Virus record (IMG/VR): IMGVR_UViG_3300012971_000010
Location: 1 to 45,436 of that record
DNA length: 45,436 bases
Reading direction: 5' to 3' (one strand)
DNA from: a virus
Lineage: Duplodnaviria; Caudoviricetes
Shown: in pieces, positions 1 to 8,757 of the stretch
How the letters are laid out: the number at the start of each line of letters is the position of its first letter
How positions within the stretch are numbered: the stretch's first letter is position 1
The notes under the pieces: generated by a model
Seen by the model: the letters and a program-made list of their open reading frames with translations, nothing else
What the model was told of the DNA's origin: nothing
Database searches by the model: none
Translations under genes and position numbers: made by a program

Positions 1-123
1 GGGCGACCTGGTCTTACTCTCCACGGCGGGCAAGCAATATCGAAACACGACGACGTTTACCATTGCCGCGAGCTCGACGATTACCGTCCCCGTCGAAGCG
101 CTCGAAGCGGGCGCCGACTCGAC
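1..123. repeat. Terminal direct repeat, copy 1 (circular assembly overlap)
   Basis: 1-123 is identical to 45314-45436; joining them restores one open frame of the baseplate J gene. Confidence 0.97.
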
Positions 124-829
124 GGCGCCACCGAATACGATCATCGACTTTGTTACGCCGCTTCTCGGTGTCACGGTCACCAACGCGAATCCCGTGATCG
201 GGCTCGACGCGGAAACCGACGACGCTTTGCGCGAGCGTTGCCTAGAAAAGCGCTCGTCGCTCTCGCCGAACGGGCCCGCGGGCGCTTACGAGTTTTTTGC
301 GAAGGGGGCGAAGCGGCAGAACGGCGAAACGATCGGGATCACTCGAGTACGCGTTACGCCCAATTCGACGACGGCGACGGTAACGGTAACGGTCGCAACG
401 CCCTCGGGCCCGGTTACGGGCGACCCCGACGACCCTTCGACCGACCTCGGCGCCGTCAATTTGACGATTCAAACGAACGTCGTCCCCCTCGGCGTGACCG
501 CGATCGTGCAAAGCGCCGTCCCCGTGACCTTCGCGATCACGTACGAGGTTTGGGCGTACACGACGAGCTCGCTAACCGCGGGCGAGCTTCAAACGATGAT
601 CGCCGAGTCGCTTACGTCGTTTTTCGAAACCGAGCCCGTCGGCGGAAATGTGATCCCGCCCGACGTCGGGAAGGTATTTCACGACGCCATCGTCTCGGCG
701 ATTGCCGACACGCGATCCGAGATCTTTCACGTCGAAGTCACCAACCCGACGGGCGACGTCAATATTGCGGCGAATGAAGTGCCCGTGCTCGGCACGATTA
801 CCCCGACCATTCACTTGGTGCCGCCGTGA
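1..829 (+). CDS. Baseplate J/Mu gp47-like wedge protein, 3' part (starts at 44979 across the circular junction, about 387 aa)
   Basis: In frame with ATG 44979; GxDxETDxxLRxR...GPxGAY motif typical of baseplate J; position after gp25-like gene. Confidence 0.88.
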   Translation, partial: GDLVLLSTAGKQYRNTTTFTIAASSTITVPVEALEAGADSTAPPNTIIDFVTPLLGVTVTNANPVIGLDAETDDALRERCLEKRSSLSPNGPAGAYEFFAKGAKRQNGETIGITRVRVTPNSTTATVTVTVATPSGPVTGDPDDPSTDLGAVNLTIQTNVVPLGVTAIVQSAVPVTFAITYEVWAYTTSSLTAGELQTMIAESLTSFFETEPVGGNVIPPDVGKVFHDAIVSAIADTRSEIFHVEVTNPTGDVNIAANEVPVLGTITPTIHLVPP

Positions 830-1581
830 CCGACGTAACGACTTTCCGCGATACCATGCGGCGGATCTCGCCGAAGTGGCTTCAAGCGTATTGGGGCGGG
901 CGTTTGATTTACTCGATCGCCTTGCAGCTAGACGCCCTCGGCGATGGCGTGAAATTCGGCGTAATGCTTCGCTTTCCCAACGCGTACTCGCCCGAAAGCC
1001 TGCCGCTAATCGGGCGCGAGCGGGGGATCCTTCGCGGCTTCGACGAGTCGGACGAAGCTTACGGGCTTCGGCTTCGCACGTGGCTCGACGACCATCAAAG
1101 GGCGGGAAGCCCGTACATTTTGATTCGGCAAGTGCAAGGGTATTTAGCCCCGCACGTCGTCCCCGCTCGTACGGTCAATGACAAAGGGGCTTGGCAGACG
1201 ATCGGGGCCGATGGCGTGAAGCTCTACACGCTCGGGGGAAACTGGAATTGGGACGGGGACGAATCCGCGCAATCGCGGTTTTGGCTTATCCTCTATCCGC
1301 CCGCCGACCTATGGGTTAGAGATGGAGTATGGGGCGACGGCGGGCTATGGGGCGACGGCGGCACATGGGGAAGCACGGCGACGATCGAGCAAATCGAAAC
1401 GGTTCAGCAAATCGTCGCGCAATGGCGGCCGCCGCATTCATTCTGTATGAACATCATTGTAGCGTTTGACCCGACAGCGTTTGACCCGTCGGACACGGCG
1501 CCGCCCTTGCCCGACGGTGACTGGAACCTGGCGGGCAATCGCGACCCGCGGGCCATCTATTGGGACGGGGAGGTTAGCTAA
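826..1581 (+). CDS. Baseplate wedge protein (P2 gpI/Mu gp48-like)
   Basis: GTGA overlap with baseplate J; LPLIGRERGI...ESDEAYxxRLR motif; synteny. Confidence 0.7.
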   Translation: MTDVTTFRDTMRRISPKWLQAYWGGRLIYSIALQLDALGDGVKFGVMLRFPNAYSPESLPLIGRERGILRGFDESDEAYGLRLRTWLDDHQRAGSPYILIRQVQGYLAPHVVPARTVNDKGAWQTIGADGVKLYTLGGNWNWDGDESAQSRFWLILYPPADLWVRDGVWGDGGLWGDGGTWGSTATIEQIETVQQIVAQWRPPHSFCMNIIVAFDPTAFDPSDTAPPLPDGDWNLAGNRDPRAIYWDGEVS

Positions 1582-1582
1582 A

Positions 1583-2236
1583 ATGTCGCACACGATCACG
1601 CCGACTGATGCGGGCGACGTTACGGCCGTCATGGTGCCGAGCGATGGCGACGCGCGCTCGGCCGCTTCGGTTGAAGTCGGCTTTCAGGGTTGCGCCAACC
1701 TTGGCGCCTATTGCCGCTCGTTTTTGCTCGGCACGCGCCCGGGCGCGTCGCTTCAAAATCCGACCTTGACCGGCACGGTGACGGTCAATGGAACCTCTCT
1801 TTTCAACGGGCTTGCGGGCTTCAATGGCGGGGCGTCCTTTGCGGGCCCTGGCAAGCTCGGGATCGATTTTGATTCGGGGATCGAAAACCAAGGCAAGTTT
1901 CGCAATATCAACAACGGCTATATCGCCAAACGGATCATCAAAAACACGGGGACGGCGACGATCGAGCCGAAGACTTGCGACGTCATTAATATTATCGGAA
2001 CCAACGTTGGGCGGATTGTCACCATTTTGAATGGCCCGGCCGCAACTCCCGTGAGCGACACGCCGACCGATGGCATGACCCTTTGGGTAAGCTCGAGCAT
2101 ACCGACGCCCGCCACGGTCCGGATCAATGGCGCCGACCTAACCTTTGGAACGGCGACGAGCGGACATTATCGGTGGATTTACTACTATTGGGACGGGGCC
2201 TTGTGGGTGGCCGCCGCTTCCCAAGTGACTCCATAG
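1583..2236 (+). CDS. Tail fibre proximal/attachment protein
   Basis: ATG 1583 follows previous stop, GGAGG upstream; Thr/Gly beta-rich; ends YYWDGALW; position. Confidence 0.6.
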   Translation: MSHTITPTDAGDVTAVMVPSDGDARSAASVEVGFQGCANLGAYCRSFLLGTRPGASLQNPTLTGTVTVNGTSLFNGLAGFNGGASFAGPGKLGIDFDSGIENQGKFRNINNGYIAKRIIKNTGTATIEPKTCDVINIIGTNVGRIVTILNGPAATPVSDTPTDGMTLWVSSSIPTPATVRINGADLTFGTATSGHYRWIYYYWDGALWVAAASQVTP

Positions 2237-2255
2237 GCGGGGGCGCGGGCGAACC

Positions 2256-3383
2256 ATGGGCAACCTTCTCGACGTTTTGATCGGTCTCACGATTCAAAAT
2301 AACGGCGTGCCGATGACACGCCGCGGCGCCCTCAATTTCCTCGGGGCGACCGTGACCGACGACGCAGCCAATAACCGCACCAATGTCGACACGGGAAGCG
2401 GCGGCGGGGGCGGTGGGGGGGGAAGTGGCGCCCCGGTGTTCATCGTCCCGGCGTCCGGTTATCAGACGTTCAACGGTGACGGCTCAGGCGGAGCGAACCA
2501 GCTTTTCCCCCATTCGATCATTTTCGCCCACGTCGACGGGGTTACGATCAATTACGATTTTTTTGACAATGGCGGGGTCGAAGAGGGGTGGCTCGCGTGG
2601 TTCAACGTCGAAGGGACGGCGGGAACGCTCGTCATTCGAGATAGGCAAAGCGAATCGCCGATCATTGTGGACGTGATTTCGACCGACGCTACCGCGAAGG
2701 TCGTGGGGATCTATTTCGACGGCTCGAATTGGCAGCCCTTGGCGGCGGGCAATTCGTCGATTCAAGGGGGCGAGTTTTTGCCGACCTACGTCGTCAATGC
2801 GGCGAGCTACGCGGCCGATAGCCGAACGGCCAAAGATGTCGTATTGCTGGTCGACACGTCGAGCAATACGACGACGGTGACGCTCCCCGCGCACGCGGCC
2901 GGGAGGCTTCTTTTCATCAAAGATCTAAAAGCCAACGCGGCGGCGCACCCGATCACGGTGCACCGAAATGGCGGCACGGGCACGATCAACAACGTGGCGG
3001 CGGATATCGTGCTCGCGGCGGCACCGCGTGACTACTGCGTGCTTTTATCCGACGGGGTTAGCAATTGGGTCGACCTAGTAGCTATGGGAGTAGCGCCAAT
3101 GGGATCCACCGATCCGGGGCAGAATGTATCATTGGCCACGGCCAATACAGTCGTTCAAGCGGCGTCGGCCGCGTGTCCGGGGGGCTTTGTCGCCATCTCG
3201 GCCGATAGTGGCAATAGCGCGCAAGTGCACGTCGGCCGGGCCAATACGGTGACGGCCGGCCCGGGCGGAAAGGGGGCGCGCTTGCCCCCCGGGCAAAGCA
3301 TCGTCTTGCCCGCGGCCAATGCAAACGAGTTTTATTTCGTGTCGACCGGCACGGGTCAAAACGTCGGCGTCTTGGCGATCTAA
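2256..3383 (+). CDS. Modular tail fibre protein
   Basis: N-terminal RGALNFLGATVTDD module, poly-Gly linker, VDT..TVTLP..G...IKD domain, C-terminal domain duplicated in 4113-4490. Confidence 0.65.
   Translation: MGNLLDVLIGLTIQNNGVPMTRRGALNFLGATVTDDAANNRTNVDTGSGGGGGGGGSGAPVFIVPASGYQTFNGDGSGGANQLFPHSIIFAHVDGVTINYDFFDNGGVEEGWLAWFNVEGTAGTLVIRDRQSESPIIVDVISTDATAKVVGIYFDGSNWQPLAAGNSSIQGGEFLPTYVVNAASYAADSRTAKDVVLLVDTSSNTTTVTLPAHAAGRLLFIKDLKANAAAHPITVHRNGGTGTINNVAADIVLAAAPRDYCVLLSDGVSNWVDLVAMGVAPMGSTDPGQNVSLATANTVVQAASAACPGGFVAISADSGNSAQVHVGRANTVTAGPGGKGARLPPGQSIVLPAANANEFYFVSTGTGQNVGVLAI
3219..3247 (+). repeat. 29-bp exact direct repeat, copy 1 (copy 2 at 4326-4354)
   Basis: GCGCAAGTGCACGTCGGCCGGGCCAATAC at both positions. 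Confidence 0.9.
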
Positions 3384-4097
3384 ATGGGAACGTCGCACCC
3401 GACGAGCTACCGCGGCCGGGCGTGGCCGGCCCCGTCGTTTGGGTTTTTGCCCTTGCGAGACTTGCCCGGGGTCAAATATGCATGGCATCGGGGCGACGAG
3501 CTCGGGGCGCAAGCGTCGCAGGTTGCGACATGGCCGAATCTGGCCGACGCGAGCAACGCGCCAACGCAGAGCGTGAGTTCGGCTTTCCGGCCCACCGTCG
3601 ACACGATTGGTGGGAAAAAGTGCGGTCTCTTCGATGGTGCCGACGACAAACTCATATACCCCACTTCGATCACTAAAGATCTTCTGAGCTATTTCGCGGT
3701 CGTGCGCCCGACGACGATCCCAACGCTCTACAAAGCAGTCGTCGCGACCAAACAGCACGCGCTTTTTCAAAATCTCAACTCTGGGACGCAATGGGGGACG
3801 TGGCTAGGTAGCAACGTGCCGAGCACCGTGGCCGCGGTGGCCGGGGTGACCTGCCTGCTCGAAATTCACGTAAACGCCGTGAATAACGTTGATCTCGGCC
3901 GAAACGGCGTTGCCAATAATCGAACGAATGGCACCGTCTTTGCGGGCAACGCTGGCTCGGCGCTCGGATCAGACTTCACGGCGGCACAGTATGCCGACAT
4001 GCGGCTATTTGAGTTGTTCATTTGTGACGTGTTAACCAATCCCGCGGACCGGTTAGCGATGCGGGCATATCTCAATACGAAGTATGGGATTTTTTGA
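3384..4097 (+). CDS. LamG/concanavalin-like lectin-fold protein, putative receptor-binding subunit 1
   Basis: VATWPNLA..A.Q.....RPT...FDGADD and C-terminal ELFICD.L.......YL.TKYG pattern. Confidence 0.6.
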   Translation: MGTSHPTSYRGRAWPAPSFGFLPLRDLPGVKYAWHRGDELGAQASQVATWPNLADASNAPTQSVSSAFRPTVDTIGGKKCGLFDGADDKLIYPTSITKDLLSYFAVVRPTTIPTLYKAVVATKQHALFQNLNSGTQWGTWLGSNVPSTVAAVAGVTCLLEIHVNAVNNVDLGRNGVANNRTNGTVFAGNAGSALGSDFTAAQYADMRLFELFICDVLTNPADRLAMRAYLNTKYGIF

Positions 4098-4112
4098 AAG
4101 GAGCAAATCGCC

Positions 4113-4490
4113 ATGGTAGCACTACCTAGCGGGCCCGGGCAGACTGACGCGGCGCATAGTGTTTCGGTCGTTTTTGCGACGGACGCGCGCGATCCGACGC
4201 CTGCCGCGGGCTCGACGGACGCGGGGCAAAATCTCGCGCTTGCCGTGGGCGGTACCGTCTTTCGAGCGGCCGCCGCGCCCGCGCCGTCGGGCTTCGTTGC
4301 GATTAGCGCCGATCCCGGCAATTCGGCGCAAGTGCACGTCGGCCGGGCCAATACCGTGACGGCGGGCGCGAACGGGAAAGGGATTAGGCTCACGCCGGGC
4401 ACGACGATCATTTTGCCCGCGGCCGACGCGAACGAATTTTATTTGGTCGCCGCAAGCGCAACGCAAAACGTCGGGCTCATAGCGCTCTAA
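4113..4490 (+). CDS. Stand-alone paralogue of the tail fibre C-terminal domain
   Basis: AAGGAG RBS; shares GFVAISADxGNSAQVHVGRANTVTAG...LPAAxANEFY with 2256-3383. Confidence 0.75.
   Translation: MVALPSGPGQTDAAHSVSVVFATDARDPTPAAGSTDAGQNLALAVGGTVFRAAAAPAPSGFVAISADPGNSAQVHVGRANTVTAGANGKGIRLTPGTTIILPAADANEFYLVAASATQNVGLIAL
4326..4354 (+). repeat. 29-bp exact direct repeat, copy 2
   Basis: Identical to 3219-3247. Confidence 0.9.
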
Positions 4491-4493
4491 GCC

Positions 4494-5219
4494 ATGGGCT
4501 CGATCATTTATCCGCCGGAAATACGCGGCCGGCCGTGGCCTAGCATGGCGTCGACGGCCAAAGCCTTTTCGCCTCTCGACATTGCGGGCTTGCAACTATG
4601 GGTGACCGCGGGGATCACCTTTGCGCCTAATCAATGGTCAGATCGAAGCGGTCTCAATCACCATTTTTTGCAGCCGACACCGACCAACCAGCCGACGACC
4701 GACACGGACCCGGGCTTTGCTGAGGTCAATTTCAACGGTATTCAAACGTGGATGGCCGCGTCGTTCGCGCTGGCTCAACCTGAAACGATCGTGATTTGCG
4801 TGGCGCCGCAGCAGTCGGGCGTTGGAACGAGCCCATTTGACGGCATATCGATCCTAACGATGGCCCTCTATCATGCGAGCAGCACGGCGCACACAATGTT
4901 TGCGCAGGGGGCGGCGACGAGTGGATCGCAGAACGTTGCATCTATTGCCGACGGGGTTTTTAGGGTTTGGTCGTTTCAATACGCGGGGACAAGCTCTTTT
5001 ATGAGGCAAAACGGCACGCAAAGCGCTAGCGGGTTGATCAATCTGACCGAGGGCAGTAGCCCGGCCAATGGGATGACGCTTGGCGGCCTCGGCAACCACG
5101 GCGCACAATTCAAGATGGCCGTGGCCGAGATCTGCATTTACAATAGAGCGCTTTCGGCGGGCGAAATGCGATCGGTAGAACTTTACCAGGGCACGCCGCG
5201 CGGCATTGCAATTGCGTGA
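4494..5219 (+). CDS. LamG/concanavalin-like lectin-fold protein, putative receptor-binding subunit 2
   Basis: FSPLDIAGLQLW..QWSDRSG.N.H..Q.T..NQPT and VAEICIYNRALSAGE pattern. Confidence 0.7.
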   Translation: MGSIIYPPEIRGRPWPSMASTAKAFSPLDIAGLQLWVTAGITFAPNQWSDRSGLNHHFLQPTPTNQPTTDTDPGFAEVNFNGIQTWMAASFALAQPETIVICVAPQQSGVGTSPFDGISILTMALYHASSTAHTMFAQGAATSGSQNVASIADGVFRVWSFQYAGTSSFMRQNGTQSASGLINLTEGSSPANGMTLGGLGNHGAQFKMAVAEICIYNRALSAGEMRSVELYQGTPRGIAIA

Positions 5220-5261
5220 AGCCCCGCGCGGCGTTTTTCACAAAGAAGGGACTGATCTATC

Positions 5262-5663
5262 ATGGCGACTCAACAGCAGATTGATGACGCGGTCGCGGCG
5301 GCCGAAGCGTATGCAGCGACCAAAGCGGCTTACGAAAGCGCGCTTGGTGCGTTGCAGAGATCGCAAGCGGTCGCCGATGCGGCGAACGTTTTGATCGAGC
5401 GGCTATCAAGTGACGGTGGCGCCGATCCGGATTTTTGGGCGGCTCTCATGAATGGGATCGATGCCCTAAAGATCGAGCAGGCGGCACGGACGCAAACATT
5501 TTCCGACGCGTCGACGGCGATGACAACGGCCAAAAGCGAGCTCGACGCGGCGATTGCGGCGCTCGGGGTGACGGCGCCCCTTCTCGCCGCGTCGACGGCG
5601 GCGGCCGCCGAAGAGCACAAGCCCGCGGCCGCGGCCCACCCGAAGGGCGGGAAAAAACACTAA
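5262..5663 (+). CDS. Ala-rich coiled-coil hypothetical protein
   Basis: AAGGGA RBS; amphipathic helical composition. Confidence 0.7.
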   Translation: MATQQQIDDAVAAAEAYAATKAAYESALGALQRSQAVADAANVLIERLSSDGGADPDFWAALMNGIDALKIEQAARTQTFSDASTAMTTAKSELDAAIAALGVTAPLLAASTAAAAEEHKPAAAAHPKGGKKH

Positions 5664-5686
5664 CCCCGGGGGGGCTTCGATCAAAC

Positions 5687-5938
5687 GTGCCGCGGCATGT
5701 CGGCGTTCTGCTCGTGCTCGCCCTTATGGGTTGCGGCGCGGCCGCTTCGGTCGTCTTCGTCGTCAATCGGCCGTGCTGGTGCGCTCCGCAATGTGCCGAG
5801 CCGAGCTCGAGCCGGGCGCCCCGGGCACGCCCGGCCGTCGACGCGGAATGCTTCGAGCTCGTCGGCGCGGGCGGGGCGTCTTCGGTCGATTGCGTTGCGG
5901 CGGGCTCGGGCGGCGCCTACGATGGCGCCGTACCATGA
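5687..5938 (+). CDS. Small Cys-rich putative lipoprotein
   Basis: GTG 5687; RHVGVLLVLALMG-C lipobox-like signal; ATGA overlap with next gene. Confidence 0.45.
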   Translation: MPRHVGVLLVLALMGCGAAASVVFVVNRPCWCAPQCAEPSSSRAPRARPAVDAECFELVGAGGASSVDCVAAGSGGAYDGAVP

Positions 5939-6231
5939 TCGGCCGGGGCGCATATGCCGCGACGCTCGACGCCGTGATCGCGCGAACGGGCGCGCGCGGC
6001 GCCATGCTCCTACTTTTCCGGTTCACCGAAGACGGGCTTATTCAAGTCGAGCGGGAAACCCACGTCTTTAGGCCCCTAACGTCGCGCCTTCTCGGCGTGA
6101 TCTTGAGAGACATCGCCGACGAGCTCGCCGCCCCGGGCGACGGCGACGATCCGAACGAGCCGGCCGAATCGGGGGCAAGGGCGCGCGGCGCTCCGCCCGC
6201 GGCCGGGCCCGTGAAAGCGCGGCCGCGGTAG
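5935..6231 (+). CDS. Hypothetical protein
   Basis: ATGA-coupled start; globular-looking sequence. Confidence 0.55.
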   Translation: MIGRGAYAATLDAVIARTGARGAMLLLFRFTEDGLIQVERETHVFRPLTSRLLGVILRDIADELAAPGDGDDPNEPAESGARARGAPPAAGPVKARPR

Positions 6232-6244
6232 AAGGGGCCCCGCT

Positions 6245-6478
6245 TTACAAATGCCGCGCGATGGCGTCGAGTAGCCCGGGCTCGCCCGCGCCGTCGACCG
6301 CTTCGAGCTCGCAAAAGCCTGTCGGCAAGTAGGGCACTTCGGCCGACGCGATCGGCCGCTTCACATGGATCACCCGCTCGCTCGTTTCGATGCGTTCTTC
6401 GGGGTCGCCGACGCCGTCGAGCAATCGGCGGCAAAGGGCAAGGGCGATCCGGCGCTCTTGCCGAGACATTGGCCGCAT
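6245..6478 (-). CDS. Hypothetical protein, possibly the 3' part of an interrupted gene
   Basis: Frame continues upstream through WHVSI and one TGA at 6536-6538. Confidence 0.4.
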   Translation of the reverse strand: MRPMSRQERRIALALCRRLLDGVGDPEERIETSERVIHVKRPIASAEVPYLPTGFCELEAVDGAGEPGLLDAIARHL

Positions 6479-6705
6479 GATCGGAAGCCGCGCGATCGAA
6501 ACATGCCAGACCGACCGGCCGGCGAAAGCGTCGAGTCACCGATTGACGGAAAGCAGGGTCGACCAGCGAAAGCCCTTGTAGATGGCGACTTCGGGGCCAA
6601 TGCCGGCGACGTCTTCGGCGCGCCTTCTCGCATGGCTCGACAAGCTCGAAGCCGCCGTGCGCGAACGCCGCAAGGTCGCTTGACGAAGTCCATTGGGGGG
6701 CGTAG

Positions 6706-7041
6706 CTAACGGGCTACCCCCTCTTTCGGCAGCAGACCGGCGCCGGGCGTGACAATGGGGTCGCGCCCGGCGTTTTCACTTTTGAGCGGACCGCGTACCG
6801 CCATTGACCCCCCGACAAATTCACGCGCTAGAGCGCGCGTGCGCACGTTAAACTGTCGGCCGGCGGCGCGGAGAGTTCCGGTCAACTTCCCCAAAGCGCG
6901 CTCTGCGGCGGCGAGGGCTCGGATTGTGTCGTTGTCAAGGTTGAGATGGGTCGGGGCAGGGTTGGGCACGAAGGCCCAAAGCGCGTGATCGATCTGACTT
7001 AGACGACCGGGCGAAGACTCTGAAAAATCCGACAGTTGCAC
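6706..7041 (-). pseudogene. Truncated Fic/DOC-family gene (N-terminal region only)
   Basis: First ~65 aa show F....PG.L......AFVPNP.P......L..A.RALG.L.G pattern; no HPFxxGNGR motif follows. Confidence 0.7.
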
Positions 7042-7053
7042 GTGGTGCCTCAG

Positions 7054-7088
7054 TTTCCTATCGTAGCCGTTGCTACTATTATAGGAAA
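7054..7088 (-). promoter_or_regulatory. Inverted repeat overlapping a TATAAT -10 upstream of the Fic fragment
   Basis: TTTCCTAT(7054-7061)/ATAGGAAA(7081-7088) with inner GTAGC/GCTAC; minus-strand TATAAT at 7083-7078; no clear -35. Confidence 0.5.
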
Positions 7089-7241
7089 ACGCGTGAAGCT
7101 AAAATAGCCGTCCGGCTAACCCGGAGTCCCGCCCCTGTGCTGCGGCTGATCAGCTCGCCGCACCCTCTAGACGACGACTGGCTGGTTCGCCTCTGATTCA
7201 GCTCTTCTTCTTTGCGCGGCAAGTTTTGCGACGGCGCGAAA

Positions 7242-7790
7242 TTAGGGGCAAATGTGGTTTGCCGCGCAACCCGACGAGCACGAGAACGAGCCCGCGGGCG
7301 CTTCCGTCCAGTGACCGCCCGCGCACACGAGCGGCACCGTCTCGACGTAATAGACCGGGGTCGTGTGAGCGAAGCCGCCGCACACGTTCGCGGGCGCGCC
7401 CGGGTACCCGCAAGGGTAGTTTCGGAACGCCGCTTCGATCTCGGCGGTACGGCCGACCCCTGCCGCGTCATTTGCGTTAGGCGCCCCGTCGACGGCGTCG
7501 GGGCCCGCGTCGGCGGTTACGGTCGACCCGCCCGTGTCGGGCACGAGGGCGGCGCCACCGTCGCCCGCGTCGGGCATCGTCGACGATGCTTCTCGGTTCG
7601 AGCTCGTCTCGGCGGGCGCGTCGCGTCTCGAGCCCGCGTCGAGCTCGGGGGCGACCTGGTCGGGCGCCGTGTATGCGTCGGGCGCCGTGGCGCCGCCGTC
7701 GACCTCGGGCGTCGGGTCGAGCTCGACGGGGCCGGGTGCGCCGCATGCCGCCGCTAATGTAAGGGCACAGAAAATCGCGATCGTTCTCAT
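7242..7790 (-). CDS. Myxobacterial-style lipoprotein
   Basis: MRTIAIFCALTLAAA-C lipobox; DGG/DAG low-complexity linker; Cys-rich C-terminal domain. Confidence 0.8.
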   Translation of the reverse strand: MRTIAIFCALTLAAACGAPGPVELDPTPEVDGGATAPDAYTAPDQVAPELDAGSRRDAPAETSSNREASSTMPDAGDGGAALVPDTGGSTVTADAGPDAVDGAPNANDAAGVGRTAEIEAAFRNYPCGYPGAPANVCGGFAHTTPVYYVETVPLVCAGGHWTEAPAGSFSCSSGCAANHICP

Positions 7791-7799
7791 CCGTCCTAC

Positions 7800-7988
7800 C
7801 TATTGCTTTCGGGGATTTGCCGCGTCGAGCTCGCGGGCGTCGAGCGCCGCTTCGACGGCGTCGTTGTGTTTGCGGTACCGGGCGACGATGGCTCGAAGAC
7901 GGGCGCTCGGCTCTTTCGAAGCGTCGGCCCGTTCCCATTCCGCCCATTTCTCACTACTTGCGGGGTCTGCTAGTGTCGGTTTCGCCAT
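7800..7988 (-). CDS. Hypothetical protein
   Basis: AGGAG upstream; lies just upstream of the lipoprotein on the same strand. Confidence 0.55.
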   Translation of the reverse strand: MAKPTLADPASSEKWAEWERADASKEPSARLRAIVARYRKHNDAVEAALDARELDAANPRKQ

Positions 7989-8142
7989 AGTCTGCCCGCT
8001 CCTACCCGGGCCTTCTGTGGAAGGGGATCCCGAGCTTACCGGCCCGGGGTCCCCGCCTTACTTAGACGGCCGATCGGCGCCGTAATTGAATCGGGCGAGC
8101 TCGCAAATGTGCCCGGGTCGTAATGCGGCAATCGCGCCCGCG

Positions 8143-8757
8143 CTAGTGAAGCGGGCCCCGACGGTGCGCTTTCCAGTCGACCCTTTGTCGAGCATTCCCC
8201 TTCCATTCCGCGTCGTCGGTAAAGGGGGACGGGGCTTCCATAAGGCGGAAGCCGCCCTCGCTCACGTTGTGTTCCCATGCGCCGAGCTTCGGGCGCGCCC
8301 CCGTCTCGGGCGAGCGGATGATCGGCGCGTCCCATACTTGCAAAACGCGACCGAAGGCGCCGTGCTCTAACCATAGGTTGACGACTTCGCGGCGCCGCGG
8401 ATGGTCGGCAAGGTCGCCGGAAATGGCGATCCGGTCGTCGTCGTCGGGCCCTAGCACCGTCCAAGCTTCCATCATCATCAGCACACCGATCGCCGCGCAA
8501 CGACGAATGAAACCCGCGCCGATCGAAAGGAATATGTCGATCGAAAGGTTGCTCGTATCCGCCGAGCAAACGGCGACGGCGGTAGGCTTTACTAGGGGGC
8601 GCAACGTCGCATGATCTCGCGTGGCAAACACGAAGATCGCTTCCTTAATCCCCCCGTCTCTCGCGAAATCCCTTTCGGCCAATTGCTGAACGTGCCGCAC
8701 GAAGTCGTAAACGCCGTTCGCCGACACGAGCTCGAAGCCGCTCGATCGCTCGCCCAT
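8143..8757 (-). CDS. Hypothetical protein
   Basis: GGAGG upstream; globular 204-aa ORF with EAW and HPRRREV motifs. Confidence 0.7.
   Translation of the reverse strand: MGERSSGFELVSANGVYDFVRHVQQLAERDFARDGGIKEAIFVFATRDHATLRPLVKPTAVAVCSADTSNLSIDIFLSIGAGFIRRCAAIGVLMMMEAWTVLGPDDDDRIAISGDLADHPRRREVVNLWLEHGAFGRVLQVWDAPIIRSPETGARPKLGAWEHNVSEGGFRLMEAPSPFTDDAEWKGNARQRVDWKAHRRGPLH

Noticed and set aside
2415-2422. G8 tract as a phase-variation switch in the fibre gene
   Set aside because: Short and explained by the poly-Gly linker; no evidence of length variation without reads
3100-4490. Diversity-generating retroelement TR/VR pair
   Set aside because: No reverse transcriptase seen; differences are not adenine-specific and both copies are coding
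8005-8048. CCCGGGCC/GGCCCGGG inverted repeat as a structured ncRNA
   Set aside because: An 8-bp GC-only stem is expected by chance at this GC content; no recognisable RNA family
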